Position numbers and translations under genes: made by a program. From Octopus sinensis (lineage: Eukaryota), in NCBI RefSeq assembly GCF_006345805.1, contig NC_043012.1:8680001-8744000 (forward strand): 64,000 bases of DNA. The letters are read 5' to 3'. The notes below the pieces were generated by a model. The model was not told the origin of the DNA. It saw only the letters and a list, made by a program, of their open reading frames with translations, and did not search any database. Below, in pieces: positions 12,288 to 26,289 of this stretch; position 1 is the stretch's first letter, and each line of letters begins with the position of its first letter.

Positions 12288-13555
12288 GGTACCATGTAAC
12301 TTTGCCCAATGCTGAAGGTTAACAAAGACACAGAAGCTACAATTGATTTTGTGGGTATGTGTGTTTTCATGAGTAGCAAAGATAATATTTATTAAAACTG
12401 AGTTATAGCAGTGTTCTGGAATGTTGCAGACGTGTCTGAGAGTTCTACCAGATTTCTCAAGGTTGGAGCTTGCAGTTCATGTGAATTCACTTGAATGTTT
12501 CTGCTAAAATTTCTCAAAAAAAATCACACACATATTGGATCTTACAATGTACAATGTGTGCATGTGTGTGTCTGTGATAACCATCCCTAAACCAGAAGCC
12601 AATGAGACCTGCATGTAAGGAATCGAAACCTTTAATATCTCTATGCTGGGCTGAACTGAATAGTAAAATCTGAAGTTATGATAAGTGTGTTTATGATATA
12701 TGATGTATCATAGTCATATCATATATAGAATATACAATGAAATGCAGATATGGCTGTGTAGTGTAGAAGCTTGCTTCCCAACCACATGGTTTTGGATTCA
12801 ATCCCACTGTATGGCACCTTGGACACGTGTCTTAAAAATCCCATGAGTGGATTTGGTAGATGGAAACTGAAGGAAGCCCATCTTGTGTGTGTGTGTGTGT
12901 GATTATCATTGTTTCCCTGTCATGAAATTGCATAATAGTTGAAAATGAGCATCATCATCATCATCATACAAGCAATTTTGTTCATTTCGAAACTGTTATG
13001 AAAACATGTCTAGCCATGAAGAAATTAGCTTACTCGGAAACAAGTGATGGTGGGTGGCAGAAAGAGCATCCAGCTATAGAAAATCTGTCTCAACAAATTC
13101 CATCTAACCCATGCAAGCATAGGAAAGTGGATGTTAAAAAAGATAATACATCATTTCACCATTCCAACTTCTATTCCACCCTACATAACCTAAGACTAAT
13201 CCAATTGTGAATGAAATTTGGTCAGGGAAACTGTGTGGAATCTTGTGGGACTTTTTACCCGTTCCTGGTTGGTGGATGACCCCAGTGAGTTACTTGCTTC
13301 AGCACCATCACCACATCATCACACGATGCTTGGGTGTTTCTGCGGAGGACATTCTGTTGCAGACATTTAGACCAAGACTCCAAACTAAGGATCCACCGTA
13401 GCAATCTATCATTTATGGTTCCTTCAGCTGAATAATATCGGTGACCTTAGAATAAGTTACGGAGCCTCATCCTCCTCATTCTGGTTATGCCAAATGAGTA
13501 CACACACACACTGTTGTAGGACAGTGAAATATTGACTGCTATCAATCGATATCAG

Positions 13556-13786
13556 GTGGCGAGCTGGCAGAAACGTTAGCACGCCAGGAGAAATGCTTAG
13601 CAGTATTTCGTCTGCCGTTACGTTCTGAGTTCAAATTCCGCCGAGGTCGACTTTGCCTTTCATCCTTTCGGGGGTCGATAAATTAAGTACCAGTTACGCA
13701 CTGGGATCGATCTAATCGACTTAACCCGTTTGTCAATCTTTGTTTGTCCCCTCTGTGTTTAGCCCCTTGTGGGTAGTAAAGAAATA
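13556..13786 (+). mobile_element. SINE family A, full length with TSD
   Basis: 8-bp TSD gatatcag on both sides. Confidence 0.9.
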
Positions 13787-14493
13787 GATATCAGTAATTT
13801 TGATAGTTCCATCTTCGGTTGGATTGTCAAGAGATTAATATCCCAACATGTGTCAGTTGTTGATTGTAGATTACAGACTACTGAAGGCATCCATTTCTGA
13901 AAGCACAAAGAGAAAAAGACGATGTTTAAATAATTACAGCCGCACATTCATATACAAATCTGTGTTAGAGTATATGTAGGTACATACACATACAGAGAGT
14001 ACCAAGTCTTTGTGAACACTATGTTAGTGGGTCATAAATGGGTAGGCAATCTAACATCATGTACCAAAATAAGCACCAAATTTTAATGTTCTCATTTCTC
14101 TCTCAGATCATCATCATCATCGTTTAGCGTCCGCTTTGCATGCTAGCATGGGTTGGACGGTTCGATTGGGGATCTGGGAAGCCAGAAGGCTGCACCAGGC
14201 CCAGTCTGATCTGGCAGTGTTTCTACAGCTAGATGCCCTTCCTAATGCCAACTACCCCGTGAGTGTAGTGGGTGCTTTTTATGTGCCACCGGCCACGATC
14301 GGATGGTGCTTTTTATGTGCCACCAGCACGGATACATCAACAAAATCAACATGGCAGATTCCAGCCTGACAAGAAATGGTAAGACAGGTTAGGCTTGTGG
14401 CTCCATCCAACAGCCAAAGTAATTCAGAGTTTATTAGCTTTTTGAACACAGTCAGATTATGTTGAAGGTCAGGAAAGAGCAGGAAGCCTTTGG

Positions 14494-15101
14494 AGATCTT
14501 TACCTTTTGACCGACAGATTTTAAAAAATAGTTTTTTTGTGACTAAACACTTTCAAACTTCGGACACTTGTAGAATGTGTCATGTAAAACATCTTTTACT
14601 CTTATCATTTTTGAGAAAAACTTAGATTTACGAAGTAATTGCACCTTAAAGTTCTTGTATTTCAGTAATTTCAACCAATCAATGACATGTATTCAGCAGA
14701 ATAAAATTACTGCCGTTGTTTGTCAACAACTATCGGCGGTGTATTTTTCGTTTATTTATGACATCGTTCATGCGTTTGTACTGGTTTTAAGGTTTTAGGG
14801 TTAGGGGGTTATGGTTAGGGTTGTCATAAATAACAATGACAAATGAAATATACACCGCCGGAAGTTCTTGTTGACAAAGAGCAGCAGTAATTTTATTCAG
14901 CTGATCAGCTGAATACACGTCAGTAATTGGTTGAAATTACCAAAATACGAGAACTTTAAGGTGAAATAACTTCGTAAATATAAGTTTTTCTCAAAAATGC
15001 TAAGAGTAAAAGATGTTTTATATGACATATTCTACCAGTGTCCAAAGTGTGTAGCTACAAAAAATCATTTTTTAAATCTGTAGGTCAAAAGGTAAAGATC
15101 C
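14494..15101. mobile_element. 608-bp foldback/MITE with ~290-bp inverted arms and a telomere-like centre
   Basis: Termini agatctttaccttttgacc / ggtcaaaaggtaaagatcc; arms stay complementary inward; 8-bp flanks gcctttgg / acctttgg; centre ggttttagggttagggggttatggttaggg. Confidence 0.85.
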
Positions 15102-15109
15102 ACCTTTGG

Positions 15110-15480
15110 CAGATCGTACCAACTGTGGCCAAGATGCAAGAAACATTCTCCTTGGTTAGGTACCATCAAGATGGTCAAGTTCCTTCAAGACATCGTCAAT
15201 GACAATCTCAGTAAGTTGAAGAGGGCCGTTTCCAAGTAGCTCAAGGTAACAGAGCCCACTGTCAGATATGTGGTGCATGAGTAGATCAAGTATAAGTCCT
15301 AAATAACGAAGGGAGAGCAGTTTAAGTCCAGCAAGATCAAGAGAATTAATGTGATCTTGTCAAAGTGTTTGCTAAACAAATCTACGCTCTGAGAAACCTA
15401 GCATGCTCTGGATCTTCTCTGATGATGAGAACGTCTACCAGAGCCAGATAAACAAGAAGACAGCTAGCTATGTGAGAGTC
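15110..15480 (+). mobile_element. Degenerate Tc1/mariner-superfamily transposase fragment
   Basis: Translates with stops as ..LKRAVSK*LKVTEPTVRYVVHE*IKYKS.. and MLWIFSDDENVYQ (HTH region plus WFSDE first-Asp motif). Confidence 0.6.
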
Positions 15481-17089
15481 CTCTATGGTAAGGTTTAGGG
15501 AACTTTTTTTAACACCAATTGCCCCAAAATACATTTATTTATGCTGTTACCCCCTTGATTTGAAAGGAAGAAAATCATAGATTCTTTGAATTCAAAAGGT
15601 TTTTCTTTTTATTCTTCAGTCATTTGACTGCAGCCATGCTGGAGCACCACCTTTAGGCTTATTGAATCTATTCATATGGAGAATACAGTTATAGATTAAA
15701 AAAGTATAAAACAAATGCAATAAAATAAAATATCATCATTATAAAGCAAAAGTTTTGATTTCTAGAAACTTTTTCGCTTCAGGTTTTGGAGAAATGATGT
15801 CTCGTTTTTGATACAGTTAGATCAAAATTGGGGCATTTTCATGCCAGGGCAATTTGGATACAGTCTTTGGGGTCCAATTGATTACTCTTTGCTTTTATGT
15901 TCATTAGAGTGGGTAATTCTTGTTTGCGAAAGGTAGTAACTATTTAACTGCCTTATCATGCCAGAAGAAAAATTGTATCTTTTCGGTTTGAAGGGCAGTT
16001 TTTAGCTGTTAGTTCAGTGGTATCATGAGCAAGAGAGCTATAACAACATGCCACATCACTTCCTGTAGGGATTCAAAATCAAAGCCCCTACCTATATTGA
16101 TGTACAACTTGGCATGGTGGTTAAGCCCTGGGTCATATTCCAACAAGACTCTACTCCCCACATGGCCCCTGCAACCCAGGAATAAATTAGCTGAGAATTT
16201 TCACTCGCTTTACTCCCAACTCTTGTCTGGACCATTATATCTGGGGTATAATCGTTGAGGGGGAGACAAACCACAATATAAGGACTGCTGAAGGCTGCCA
16301 TTGTAGACACAATGGGCAACAGGGATTAGAATCACTATTCTGGCACAGAGTCACTTCCATGGTCACATCAAGATCGAGGATGGTTTTACTGAATGACTGT
16401 TTTGTTAACATGTACTTTTCTTCAGTTTTTTTCTCCCTAATTACTTGTTGTACACACACACACTCAATAGTGTGAAATGCAGTTAAACAAAAGAAAATAC
16501 TCAATACTGATAGGCAGATTGATTATCACAGATATACATACATACACATACATCATGCCCTCTCATCTCACTGACACTCTCTCTCTCCTGTAATACTCAC
16601 CTACTTGTGCAATTAATCTCTTGGTTACACTGTCCTCAATGAGCTGAGACAACATAGTTGAGACTCTCTAGATTTGTGGGACACAAAGCAACGACTTGTG
16701 TTGATGGCATGATAAAATGCATGTGGTAAACTCTAAGTGATTGGCAAATGGATTGAGGAAATAGAGTCAAGTGGACCCGTTTAGTTTGGCTAAGAACATA
16801 ATATAAGTAATGTCTCTAGTGCTGGTGCCATAAAAAAATAAGTATACTCTGTAAAGAGGCAGATATTCAGAAAAGTATCCAGGTATATAGAAACCATGCT
16901 AAAAAGGGGATGCGTTGAGATGTGCCACCTAAGAAAGTACTAACATGAAATAAGAACTGGCTTGGATCCAGCCCAAGGAGTCAGCAGGGGAAGTGGTTGT
17001 TGTTTCACACATCCAGCAGATCTTAGCTTACTTTTCTTGAACCTCTCAGAGTTACCCACATGAAACTGGTATATAATCTCATTATTCAG

Positions 17090-17806
17090 GCATTGTGAAT
17101 AATGAGACCATAACCTGTGGCCTATGCCAGGAGCGTAACCAGCCCGCTTATGCGTACCTTTTCCTTCTTTGGTCACTAAACTCTGCTTGCAAAGACCTGT
17201 TGAGGCAAGTGAAATCAAAATCATTTCAATGACTGGCATTCGTGCTAGTGGGGTGCAAAGAGCACCATACAAGTGTGATCGTTGACAGAGCGGCTATTCG
17301 AGTATGATCGTTACCAGCGTCGCCTTACTGGCACTCATGCCTGTGCTAGTAGGGTACCAAGAGCACCATCCGAGTGTGATCGTTGACAGAGCGGCTATTC
17401 AAGTATGATCGTTACCAGCGTTGCCTTACTGGCACTCATGCCTGTGCTAGTAGGGTACCAAGAGCACCATCCGAGTGTGAGCGTTGCCACGCCAGAGCAG
17501 CCAACTGGCTTCTGTACCCAGGCACCATTCGAGTGTGATCGTTACCAACACCGCTCCACTGGCACTTGTAAAAAGATTCGAGCAAGGTCATTGCCAGTAC
17601 CACCTGACTGGCCCCCGTGCCAGCGGCACATAAAAAGCACCCACTACACTCTCGGAGTGGTTGGCATTAGGAAGGGCATCCAGCTGTAGAAACTCTGCCA
17701 GATCAAGATTGGAGCCTGGTGCAGCCATCTGGCTCGCCAGCCCTCAGTCAAAATCGTCCAACTCATGCTAGCATGGAAAGTGGACGTTAAACGATGATGA
17801 TGATGA
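17090..17806 (+). mobile_element. RTE LINE long 3' UTR with an internal ~93-bp tandem duplication, ending in (GAT)n
   Basis: Same core as the other RTE tails; duplicated block gtgtgatcgttgacagagcggctatt...agagcaccatccga. Confidence 0.8.
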
Positions 17807-19560
17807 TGTGATAGGAGAGAGGCACTAATGGCAGCTATTTCTCATAGGTTATGAAATCATGTAGAAACTTCCCCGTTGGCTTGATGTTAATTGGTAGTGA
17901 GACACAAGTTGTTCAATGTGGAAGACTTGTAGTCTCCACGGAATTGCTGACATTCAAAGACCTATGCCTTAAGCACGAAACTAACATTTCATATTCAGTA
18001 AATCACATCCATTTCTCTCTCGTCTCAACAGATCTTCCACATCCAATACTCCATGTTCAAGCAAATCATACTAACCCCATTCCTCCACAGATCTTCCACA
18101 GTGAATGACTCGTGTATCACTACCATGTAGCATCAAGCTAACAAGGAATTTTCTACATGATCTCTTAACCTACAGGAAACAGCAGCCATATCTCCCTCAA
18201 ATAACACCCCATTTGGATAATGTAGTTGTGCTTGCTCCCTCTCTCTCCTTCACCTGCAATTACTGCCTATCTCCCATCACAATACCTGAATAACGAGGGA
18301 TTACATCAGAACTCTTTATATCCAATGCATCTCACCGTTTACCCGACTCAGCTGCTTGCCATCACATCCTCTCTCACCCAAATTACTCTTTTACTGACAT
18401 TCACCACTTTTACCATTGCCAATTCAATTTTCTATCACTTGCACACACACACATACACACTCTCTCTCTCTTACTACTAATCATGTAATTGCCATTAGTG
18501 TGTCTCTTCCATAACCTTCTGCCATTACACACCTCATCATTCCTCTAGTACTATCTCTCCCATTTCTCCCTTCCACCTTAAATCATCTTTTGCAAATGCC
18601 CTATTTTTTCTATCCATTCTCTTGGTCATGTTGAAGACAACATTAAGCAGCGAAGATACTTTTGTCTAACAAAGCAACCTCATGTGCTGGTACCACATTA
18701 AAATGCACCCAGTAACTCTGTACAGTGGTTGGTTACAACAGATACCAATGGACGATTGAGAGAAGCCTTTAGTCTTACAGAGGACATGGTATTCCCTCTA
18801 ATGCTGGTGCCACATAAAAATGCACTCAGTACACTCTGCAAAATGGTTGACATTAGAAAGAGAATCATCCAGAAGCCATCATCATTTTAATGTCCGCCTT
18901 TCTATGCTTGCTTGCGTTAAAATTTAAGACAGATTTTCTACAGTCAGATGCTTTTCTAGTCATGAACCTCAACCGGTTTCCAAGCATTGGAAATGAATGA
19001 CACTGCTTCTATGACAGACACATTTACAACCAACACACGATGTCACGACAAGGAGGCATACACATGGAAGCCTTTTTTCAGTTTTCACCCACCAAATCTA
19101 CTGCAAGGACTATAGAAGACACTTCCACCAATGTGCCATGCAGTGGGATTGAACCCAAAACCATATGGTTGAGAAACAAGCCTCTTAACCACACAGCCAC
19201 GTCTGCACCTAAACTGTCCCAAAATAAAATGTACAAAACAAGACGTCATCCCTCGACCACACCTAAAAGGACAACAAGATTGAAAAAGAACTTTTAACAG
19301 ATCACGATATCCAGCTGAATCAATGGAAAATAGATGCAAGCTAATAATCATGATGATGGCCATGGGAAGAAGGTCTTTGATCAAAGTTAACATAAGTTTA
19401 CTTCATATGGTCAACCTCTTACAGAGAACACACTTTAAGATCAAAACAAATAAGTCTTGAAACTTTGATCCCTTCCTTACTCTCCCTACAATAGCATCAT
19501 TACAATTACCCCCAACATTAATGACAATGCCAGTGATTTATTCTCTAAAATACACTAATA

Positions 19561-19949
19561 GGCGCAAGAGTGGCTGTGTGGTAAGTAGCTTGCTAACCAA
19601 CCACATTGGTTCCAGGTTAAGTCCCACTGCGTGGCATCTTGGGCAGATGTCTTCTGCTATGGCTCCGGGCCGACCAATGCCTTGTGAGTGGATTTGGTAG
19701 ACGGAAACTGAAAGAAGCCTGTCGTATACATGTATATATATATATGTGTGTGTTTGTCCCCCTAGCATTGCTTGACAACCGATGCTGGTGTGTTTACGTC
19801 CCCGTCACTTAGCGGTTCGGCAAAAGAGACCGATAGAATAAGTACTGGGCTTACAAAGAATAAGTCCCGGGGTCGATTTGCTCGACTAAAGGCGGTGCTC
19901 CAGCATGGCCGCAGTCAAATGACTGAAACAAGTAAAAGAGTAAGAGTAA
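19561..19949 (+). mobile_element. SINE family B, full length
   Basis: tRNA-like head, internal (TA)/(TG) microsatellite, tail gcggtgctccagcatggccgcag...agtaaaagagtaa. Confidence 0.9.
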
Positions 19950-22900
19950 TATTTCATACCCACTCCTATACAATATTGCACTCTAGTCAATGATTTTTAA
20001 TCACTACTTTAATAAGTAAAGTGAAGTGCACGCTTCGCTGAAGAGATCTAACAAGACCAGAACATGTTCAGAGTGGTCTACCACACTTGTCAAAATTCAA
20101 ATAGTGTTTATCATTGAATTAATTCTGTCATTTCCTCATGACTTTCTCACAACATGATTATTTCTGATCACTTTTTTGAATAAGTTAACATTTGGCAGAG
20201 TTGAGAAGGACATCCCAGCCATAGAAACCATGCTAAAACAAAGAATGGACCTTGGTGCAGCTCTCCACCTTGCCCGCTCCAGTCAAACTGTCCAATCCAT
20301 GCCAGCATAGAAAATGGACATTAAATGATGATGATGATGCTACAATGAGTTCAAATCAGATGAGAACAACTTTGCCTTTCAGCTTCTGAACTTGATTAAA
20401 AGAAATACCAATCCAAGACAGTAGAATGAAGGAACTGTAAGGATGTCGGACCATATATCTTGTAGCATTTGTTTTGAGTTCAAATTTCACTTTGGCCCAG
20501 ATGGGAGCATATTTAACTCACTACCTGGTTTAACACCACAACAAGGAAACGTACAAGTTATAAGCACTATGCTGTTACTCATTGCAATGCCGCAGGTAAA
20601 AATAGTTATTAATCATGTATGTGCCATCATAAATTGTTCAAAGTAAAAGTCTTTTTTCTTTATTAAAGTCTGTGTTGCATTGTCTATATGTTGGAAAGCA
20701 TACAGAAACATATATACACACAAACATAAAAAAAAAATACTATTTATATACTCATAATGTTGCATTGTGTTGACAGACTTGCACTTAAAATTCCTACATT
20801 TTTAATCAAAACCTGTTAGTTACTAAGGTGACAACACTACCTATTCATCTATCTCTCAACAATAACCGTTTCCCCTCTCTACATAGATGTTGTTATGGAG
20901 AGACAGAGTTCAGCTTGTCTTTTATGATACAAGATTTGGGGTCAGTCTTGCAGCCCCTATTAAAGAATCATGGGCACTATTTCCTCTCACCCCAAAAGGA
21001 AAAAAAAAACAGTGGTACCCAAAGTTTTATAACCCAGTTTCTCTGAAACTGAGAATGGTACGGTTCCTCACGAAGCTTTGCAGGAAGAACATAGGCATTT
21101 AGGAAATTCCAAATATTCTTGGAAGAATTTGGTATAGTGGTTAGCATAGGGCTTTGGATGTGCACACATGTTAAGTGATAAGTAGCCTCAGAACACCTGA
21201 ATGGTCACAGCTGGAGACCAGCCAGCTCTGAGTAAAAGGGCAGTGATGCTAGATGAAGACATAAGGGTATCTACACATACTAAAACTTAGACACCATATG
21301 CAATTGGAAGGATTGCTGTTGTGTTTTTTTGATGCCATAAAAATTTCATGCCTTCCATTACTAAAACTCCAATGGAATGTAACTTGCTCAGACTGGACTG
21401 CATAAACTTTTAAATAAGAACCTAAACTGCAGCAGGTTCATATTTAAACTGGCCAAAATATTCTACCTGTTTTGCGTTCAAATCAGCTAGATCAGGTCTC
21501 TCACAGCTACTCTATAATGTCATTCTAAAAATAAGCCATCTCATCACTGAGATCTCAAAGCTACAAGATAATGCATGATTAATTCAAAACAATGTGAATA
21601 AATAAGCATTATATTTGACAGATTAATCTGAATTCTAAAAGGTTAAAGGGTTTGAGTTGTATAACCCCCAAAATGATTACAAAACATTCCAGATTTGTCA
21701 TTTGCCAAGGGATACAAAAGGAAGCAAAAGCAAAGCAACTTCCAACAGTTTGCTGATCCACAAATGCAAATCCTTGTCATTTAACATCCATTGTCCATGT
21801 TGGCAAGATGGAGAGCTGCACCGGACTCCGGACTGATTTGGCATGGTTTCTACAAGTGGATGCCCTTCCTAACACCAACCACTTTACAGAATGTGCTGGG
21901 TGCTTTTATGTAGCACCGGCACAGGACTCTTGCAGGCTGCCTTCATCAAGGGGAGAGGCCTTATCACTTCTGCTGCAGGGTAATAAAAGGAAGCAAAAAA
22001 AAAAAAACAAAGAAACATTGCACCCTTGGGTATACAGACAACACCCAACTCTGATTCTTTAGTTGTCATCCCCTCTATTCACCACATGTAGTTCCCTCCA
22101 TTCATTATCTATGTTTCACTATCATGCACCAGATTTCACATCACATACTCTCATGAAGCAGTGAATGGATAGAGTAAAAAGCAATCAAGCATCATTTCAG
22201 TATCCACTTTTCAATGCTTGCATAGATCAGATGGAATTTGTTGAGACAAATTTTCTGTGACTGGATGCTTTTCCTGTCATCAACTCTCAGCTGTTTCCAA
22301 GCAAGACATTCTTTGTAGCCCATGGCCAGGTATGTCTCTACTGAATATTGGAAATGAACAACATCATTTCTCATGAAGGGATACTCATTTACAACTAATA
22401 TGCAATGACAAAACAAGGAGACTCAAACACACACACACATCTGGGGGGGGGGCTTCTTTCTGTTTCTACCAGCCAAACCCACTCACAAAGCTTCTGTTCA
22501 GGTCTATAGGAAAATAGACAAGGTGCCATGCAGGGAGACTAAACCTGAAACCTATGGTTGGGAAACAAAACATCATAACCATACAAACATCCATGCATGA
22601 TGCTGTTTTAGCTACACTACTTAACTTTCAATCGGCCCAGTTCACTTAGCTGTAAGTCCTTGCTCTTTGAAGCAGTAACAATCTGTACAATTGACATAAC
22701 TGAGCTGGACTAAATGTCTAGTTCACTATTTTAGAGTCCCAAGTCCAACCCATGAAAGGATTTATACTCTCCGCAGGTTACGAAAATAAGTACTTGTATT
22801 ATGTTGGGATTCATTCAATGGACCCTAATCCCTGCATTACAAATTTTAATTAATTATGTACCATAGATGCCCCTCCATTTACCAACCAACACTTTTTAGA

Positions 22901-23007
22901 AATAGCACAAATACCTCACACTATACTGTATTATATTGTATTTGTTTCATTAGTAAAACACTGAAGTCTCACTGACCCAGCCTACTTCCTTATAAATAGA
23001 TATCATA

Positions 23008-23857
23008 TGAGACGATATCAAAAAGTTCCTGGACTAGTAATGTTTAATAAAAAAATAAACTTATTTACCTCAGGTTTAATACTATCTCCTTCAAAATAGT
23101 CACCTTGTGCAGTGATACACTGGTTCCAGCATTCCTGCCACTTTTGGAATCTGGTCTGGAAAGCATTTTCCACAAGCAAATCAAAGACCGTCTGCAATTC
23201 GCTCTGGATCTTGACAACCATTGAGCTGCCGTTTCATCTTGGGGAAGAGGTGGAAGTCTGCAGGTGCTAAATCTGGCGAATGGGCTCGGTGTGGAAGTGA
23301 TGCCATGTTGGTTTTGGCGAGAAACCCATGAGTGAGGAGAGCTCAATGAAAGGGCCCATTGTCATTGCAAAGAATGCAAAACTCAATTGACGATCTGGCG
23401 GGGGGGAGGTGGAAAATTCTCAATGGACTGTGGATGTCGAAAAAAAACGACGAGCATGCTCTTGATTGAAGTGCGGCCCTGTCATGCCTTCTTCGGTAGT
23501 GGAGATGAAGGCCTCTTACATTGCAATGACTGCTGCTTCATCACATGGTCACACCCATAGACCCAACTCTCATCACCGGTAATAATCCTTGGCATGAAGG
23601 ACGGGTCATCAGCAGCACACCAACAAGAGATCTTGATAGACTTTGATGGGATGTCCATGACAAAATCTCAGACTACACTACAGCATACACATGATCGCAA
23701 AGACACAAATTTCACAACTTGCAAAGTAAACACAGCAATGCCACTCGGTAGACTTCCTCATGAAGGTCACTGGTAGCTCTCACTGTGCATGCAACCGTGT
23801 GCTGTCACCTGTTGGTGTGCTACTTAAGTAGTTCAGAAACTTTTTAATACCATCTCG
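23008..23857 (-). mobile_element. Mariner element with both TIRs and TA target duplication; transposase degenerate
   Basis: ta|tgagacgatatcaaaaagttcctggact ... agttcagaaactttttaataccatctcg|ta; minus strand gives HHP.SPDLAPADFHLFPKMK and RFQKWQECWNQCITAQGDYFEGD. Confidence 0.85.
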
Positions 23858-23864
23858 TATGTAC

Positions 23865-24110
23865 AGTTTATTGTTGTGGCAACAGAAAGGAGTGCTATCA
23901 GCAGGATGAAAGTCAGCAATGAATATAGCATTGAATTTAGTGTGAAGGTAGGAGTTCACCAGGGCTTGGCTCTTAGTCCCCTTTTATTTACCATAGTTCT
24001 CCAACCCATGACAGGGGAGTTTAAGAAGGGTTGCCTGTGGGAGCTCCTCTATACTGATGACCTTGTTCTTATAGATGAATCTATAGTAGAACTGGAAAAG
24101 CACTTGGAGA
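23865..24110 (+). mobile_element. RTE reverse transcriptase fragment
   Basis: VKVGVHQGLALSPLLFTIVLQ...LLYTDDLVL (QG-SP and YADD motifs). Confidence 0.9.
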
Positions 24111-24829
24111 GTGCAGACCTCCACAAAGCAGCTCATTTCCACCAGTTTACATGCATGCTGAAAATTGCCCAATTTCCCAAACCGATGCCAGCAAAAACAT
24201 AACCTCCTTGGCGGGGGGTAAAAAAAAAAACCCTTTAAAAACAGGAATCATCTGAAGCAGTTCACAACCACCAACATCATCATCAGCATTGTCATTGCTT
24301 CCACTTCAACCACATACACTGCCATCAATATTATCACGACGGTTACCTTGACAGTCACTTTCACCACCACAACCAGTATAACCACTGCAATGCCACCATC
24401 ACACAACTAACACTATCATCAACACCACTATTACCACCATCATACTGCTCCTGTCGCCATTATAACTACTGATGCTATTTTATCCTCCTCCCATACTTAT
24501 CTCAACCATCATCATCATCAACACTGCCTCTAAACAGCAACGCCACCATAGGTTATGTGGAAACGATGAACATGTTTTCAAGGGAGATAATCAAAGAATG
24601 TAACATTGTAAAGTAAATACAGCAAATGAAAAATCCTTCAAGAATCCATAAAAATTCCCAGATCACTACCAAATTTTCATCATCTGTTCCTTGTGTCACT
24701 ACCAACTTTTCCTGCAAGTTTTATCAAATACCATTCACAAATTTTTGAGTTATTTTGTACAAAGATGGACAAACCAAGGCCAATGAAAATATAACCGCCT
24801 TCCTTGGCGGTGGGTAATTAGAGAAGAAA

Positions 24830-25250
24830 TTTAAGGTGTGGAAGTAAAGCCTAGAATCAATAAGCTTTGTGAGCAACAAAAGGCTTCTTCTCACAGTGAA
24901 ATACAGACTGTATGATGGCTATATGCTGACAGTTACGCTACAAGGCAGCGAAACACGAGTTGTGACTGCAGAAAACATGCTTCAAAGAAATGAAGCTAGG
25001 ATGCTCCCCACTGGATGTACAATGTCAGTGTGCATTTTTAACAACAAAGTGTGAGTTGAGAGAAAAACAGGGTATGAGAGGCATCAGATGTAGTGTGCGA
25101 GAAAGAAGACTGTGTTTGTATGGTCATGTAAATAATGCATAATGATGACAACAGCTGCATAACAAAGCAATGATTGCAAGTGGTGAAAAATGACCTCTAA
25201 ATTTTGAGCCTCACAGAGGAGATGACAAAGGACTGAGACAATTGGGATTT
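24830..25250 (+). mobile_element. RTE ORF C-terminal fragment, degenerate
   Basis: LLTVKYRLYD..LQGSET..LQRNEARML..; RTE-type C-terminus. Confidence 0.7.
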
Positions 25251-26102
25251 GTTGTGCTTGAGAAAACCCATCCAAGTAAAATTGAGGCCCTAAAGGTATG
25301 TCTGTGCACCTGTACACAATCTATCCCCAACTCATCTTCCTAACACCCGCTTACTCCACCCATGTTCACCATTCACTGCATTCCCCTCAACTTACCTGCA
25401 CATAATCCATCCCTGAAAAGTCTCTTCCGCTCCCACAATCTATGTTCCTAACACCCCTTCCCACCACCTGTGTTTACTCTCTGCACACCTCTTCCCCACC
25501 ACCTCCCACTTTCCTTTCTCTCGCTCACCTTATCCTTCACTTTTATACACCTCCCTGCAACTTGAGGGTAGACTCCTACAACAAGACACCTGTTTCTGTC
25601 CCTCTAATCATACTCACCACTTTGCACAAAGTCACCTCCTTCAATACTAGAACCCTTACTTAGCTAAGGAGTCATGTCTTGCAAATTACTTGGTCTCACT
25701 GGTGCTATATGAAAATGCACCCAGTACACTCTGTAGAATGGTTAGCATTAGGGAGAGCATCCAGCCACAGAAACCATGCCAAAACAGACAGTACAGCACT
25801 ACACAGTCTACTGGCTTGCGAGCTCTCATCAAACTGTCCAACCATGCCAGCATGGAAGGAGAACATTGAATGATTCAATTAGCATTCAATGCAAGGATTT
25901 ATTCAGTCAATAGGTCCCCTCTTTTGTTATATTACTGAGAAAGACCAAATCTTTGGCGGGACTTCAGCAGATTTCTGGTACCCCCAATATATACTACTGG
26001 CTACATCATGCTCATTAAGAAAATTGATAATTATAAAAACAAACAAGATCACATTAAATAGAAACAAAATTTTCCCAGTGTTTTTAAGAGAGAATTTGTC
26101 AT

Positions 26103-26108
26103 TTTATT
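26103..26108 (-). terminator. Distal AAUAAA poly(A) signal of snf/SNRPA
   Basis: Plus-strand tttatt; followed on the minus strand by a CA ~22 nt downstream and a U/GU-rich tract (ttttgtttct..tgtgatcttgtttgtttt). Confidence 0.6.
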
Positions 26109-26289
26109 GTCATTCTCTTATTTATATTTCAATATAAAAGAAAAATAAACAAATATCTCAGTTGGAAAAAACGAACAAACAAAAACTATGAAACTGAAAG
26201 GAAGAAATCTGTCAATGAGTTTTGGTAAGAATATTGTGAATTAGCTTCACCCCCACCACCCACCAAAATGAAGAATGTAAAATGAGAAT

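Noticed and set aside
20480-21060. Two plus-strand splice-bounded segments (...MPQ|gtaaaa and tag|MLLWRDRV...LRM|gtacgg)
   Set aside because: Phases fit, but the peptide is not recognisable, includes an A-run, and no upstream or downstream exons were found.
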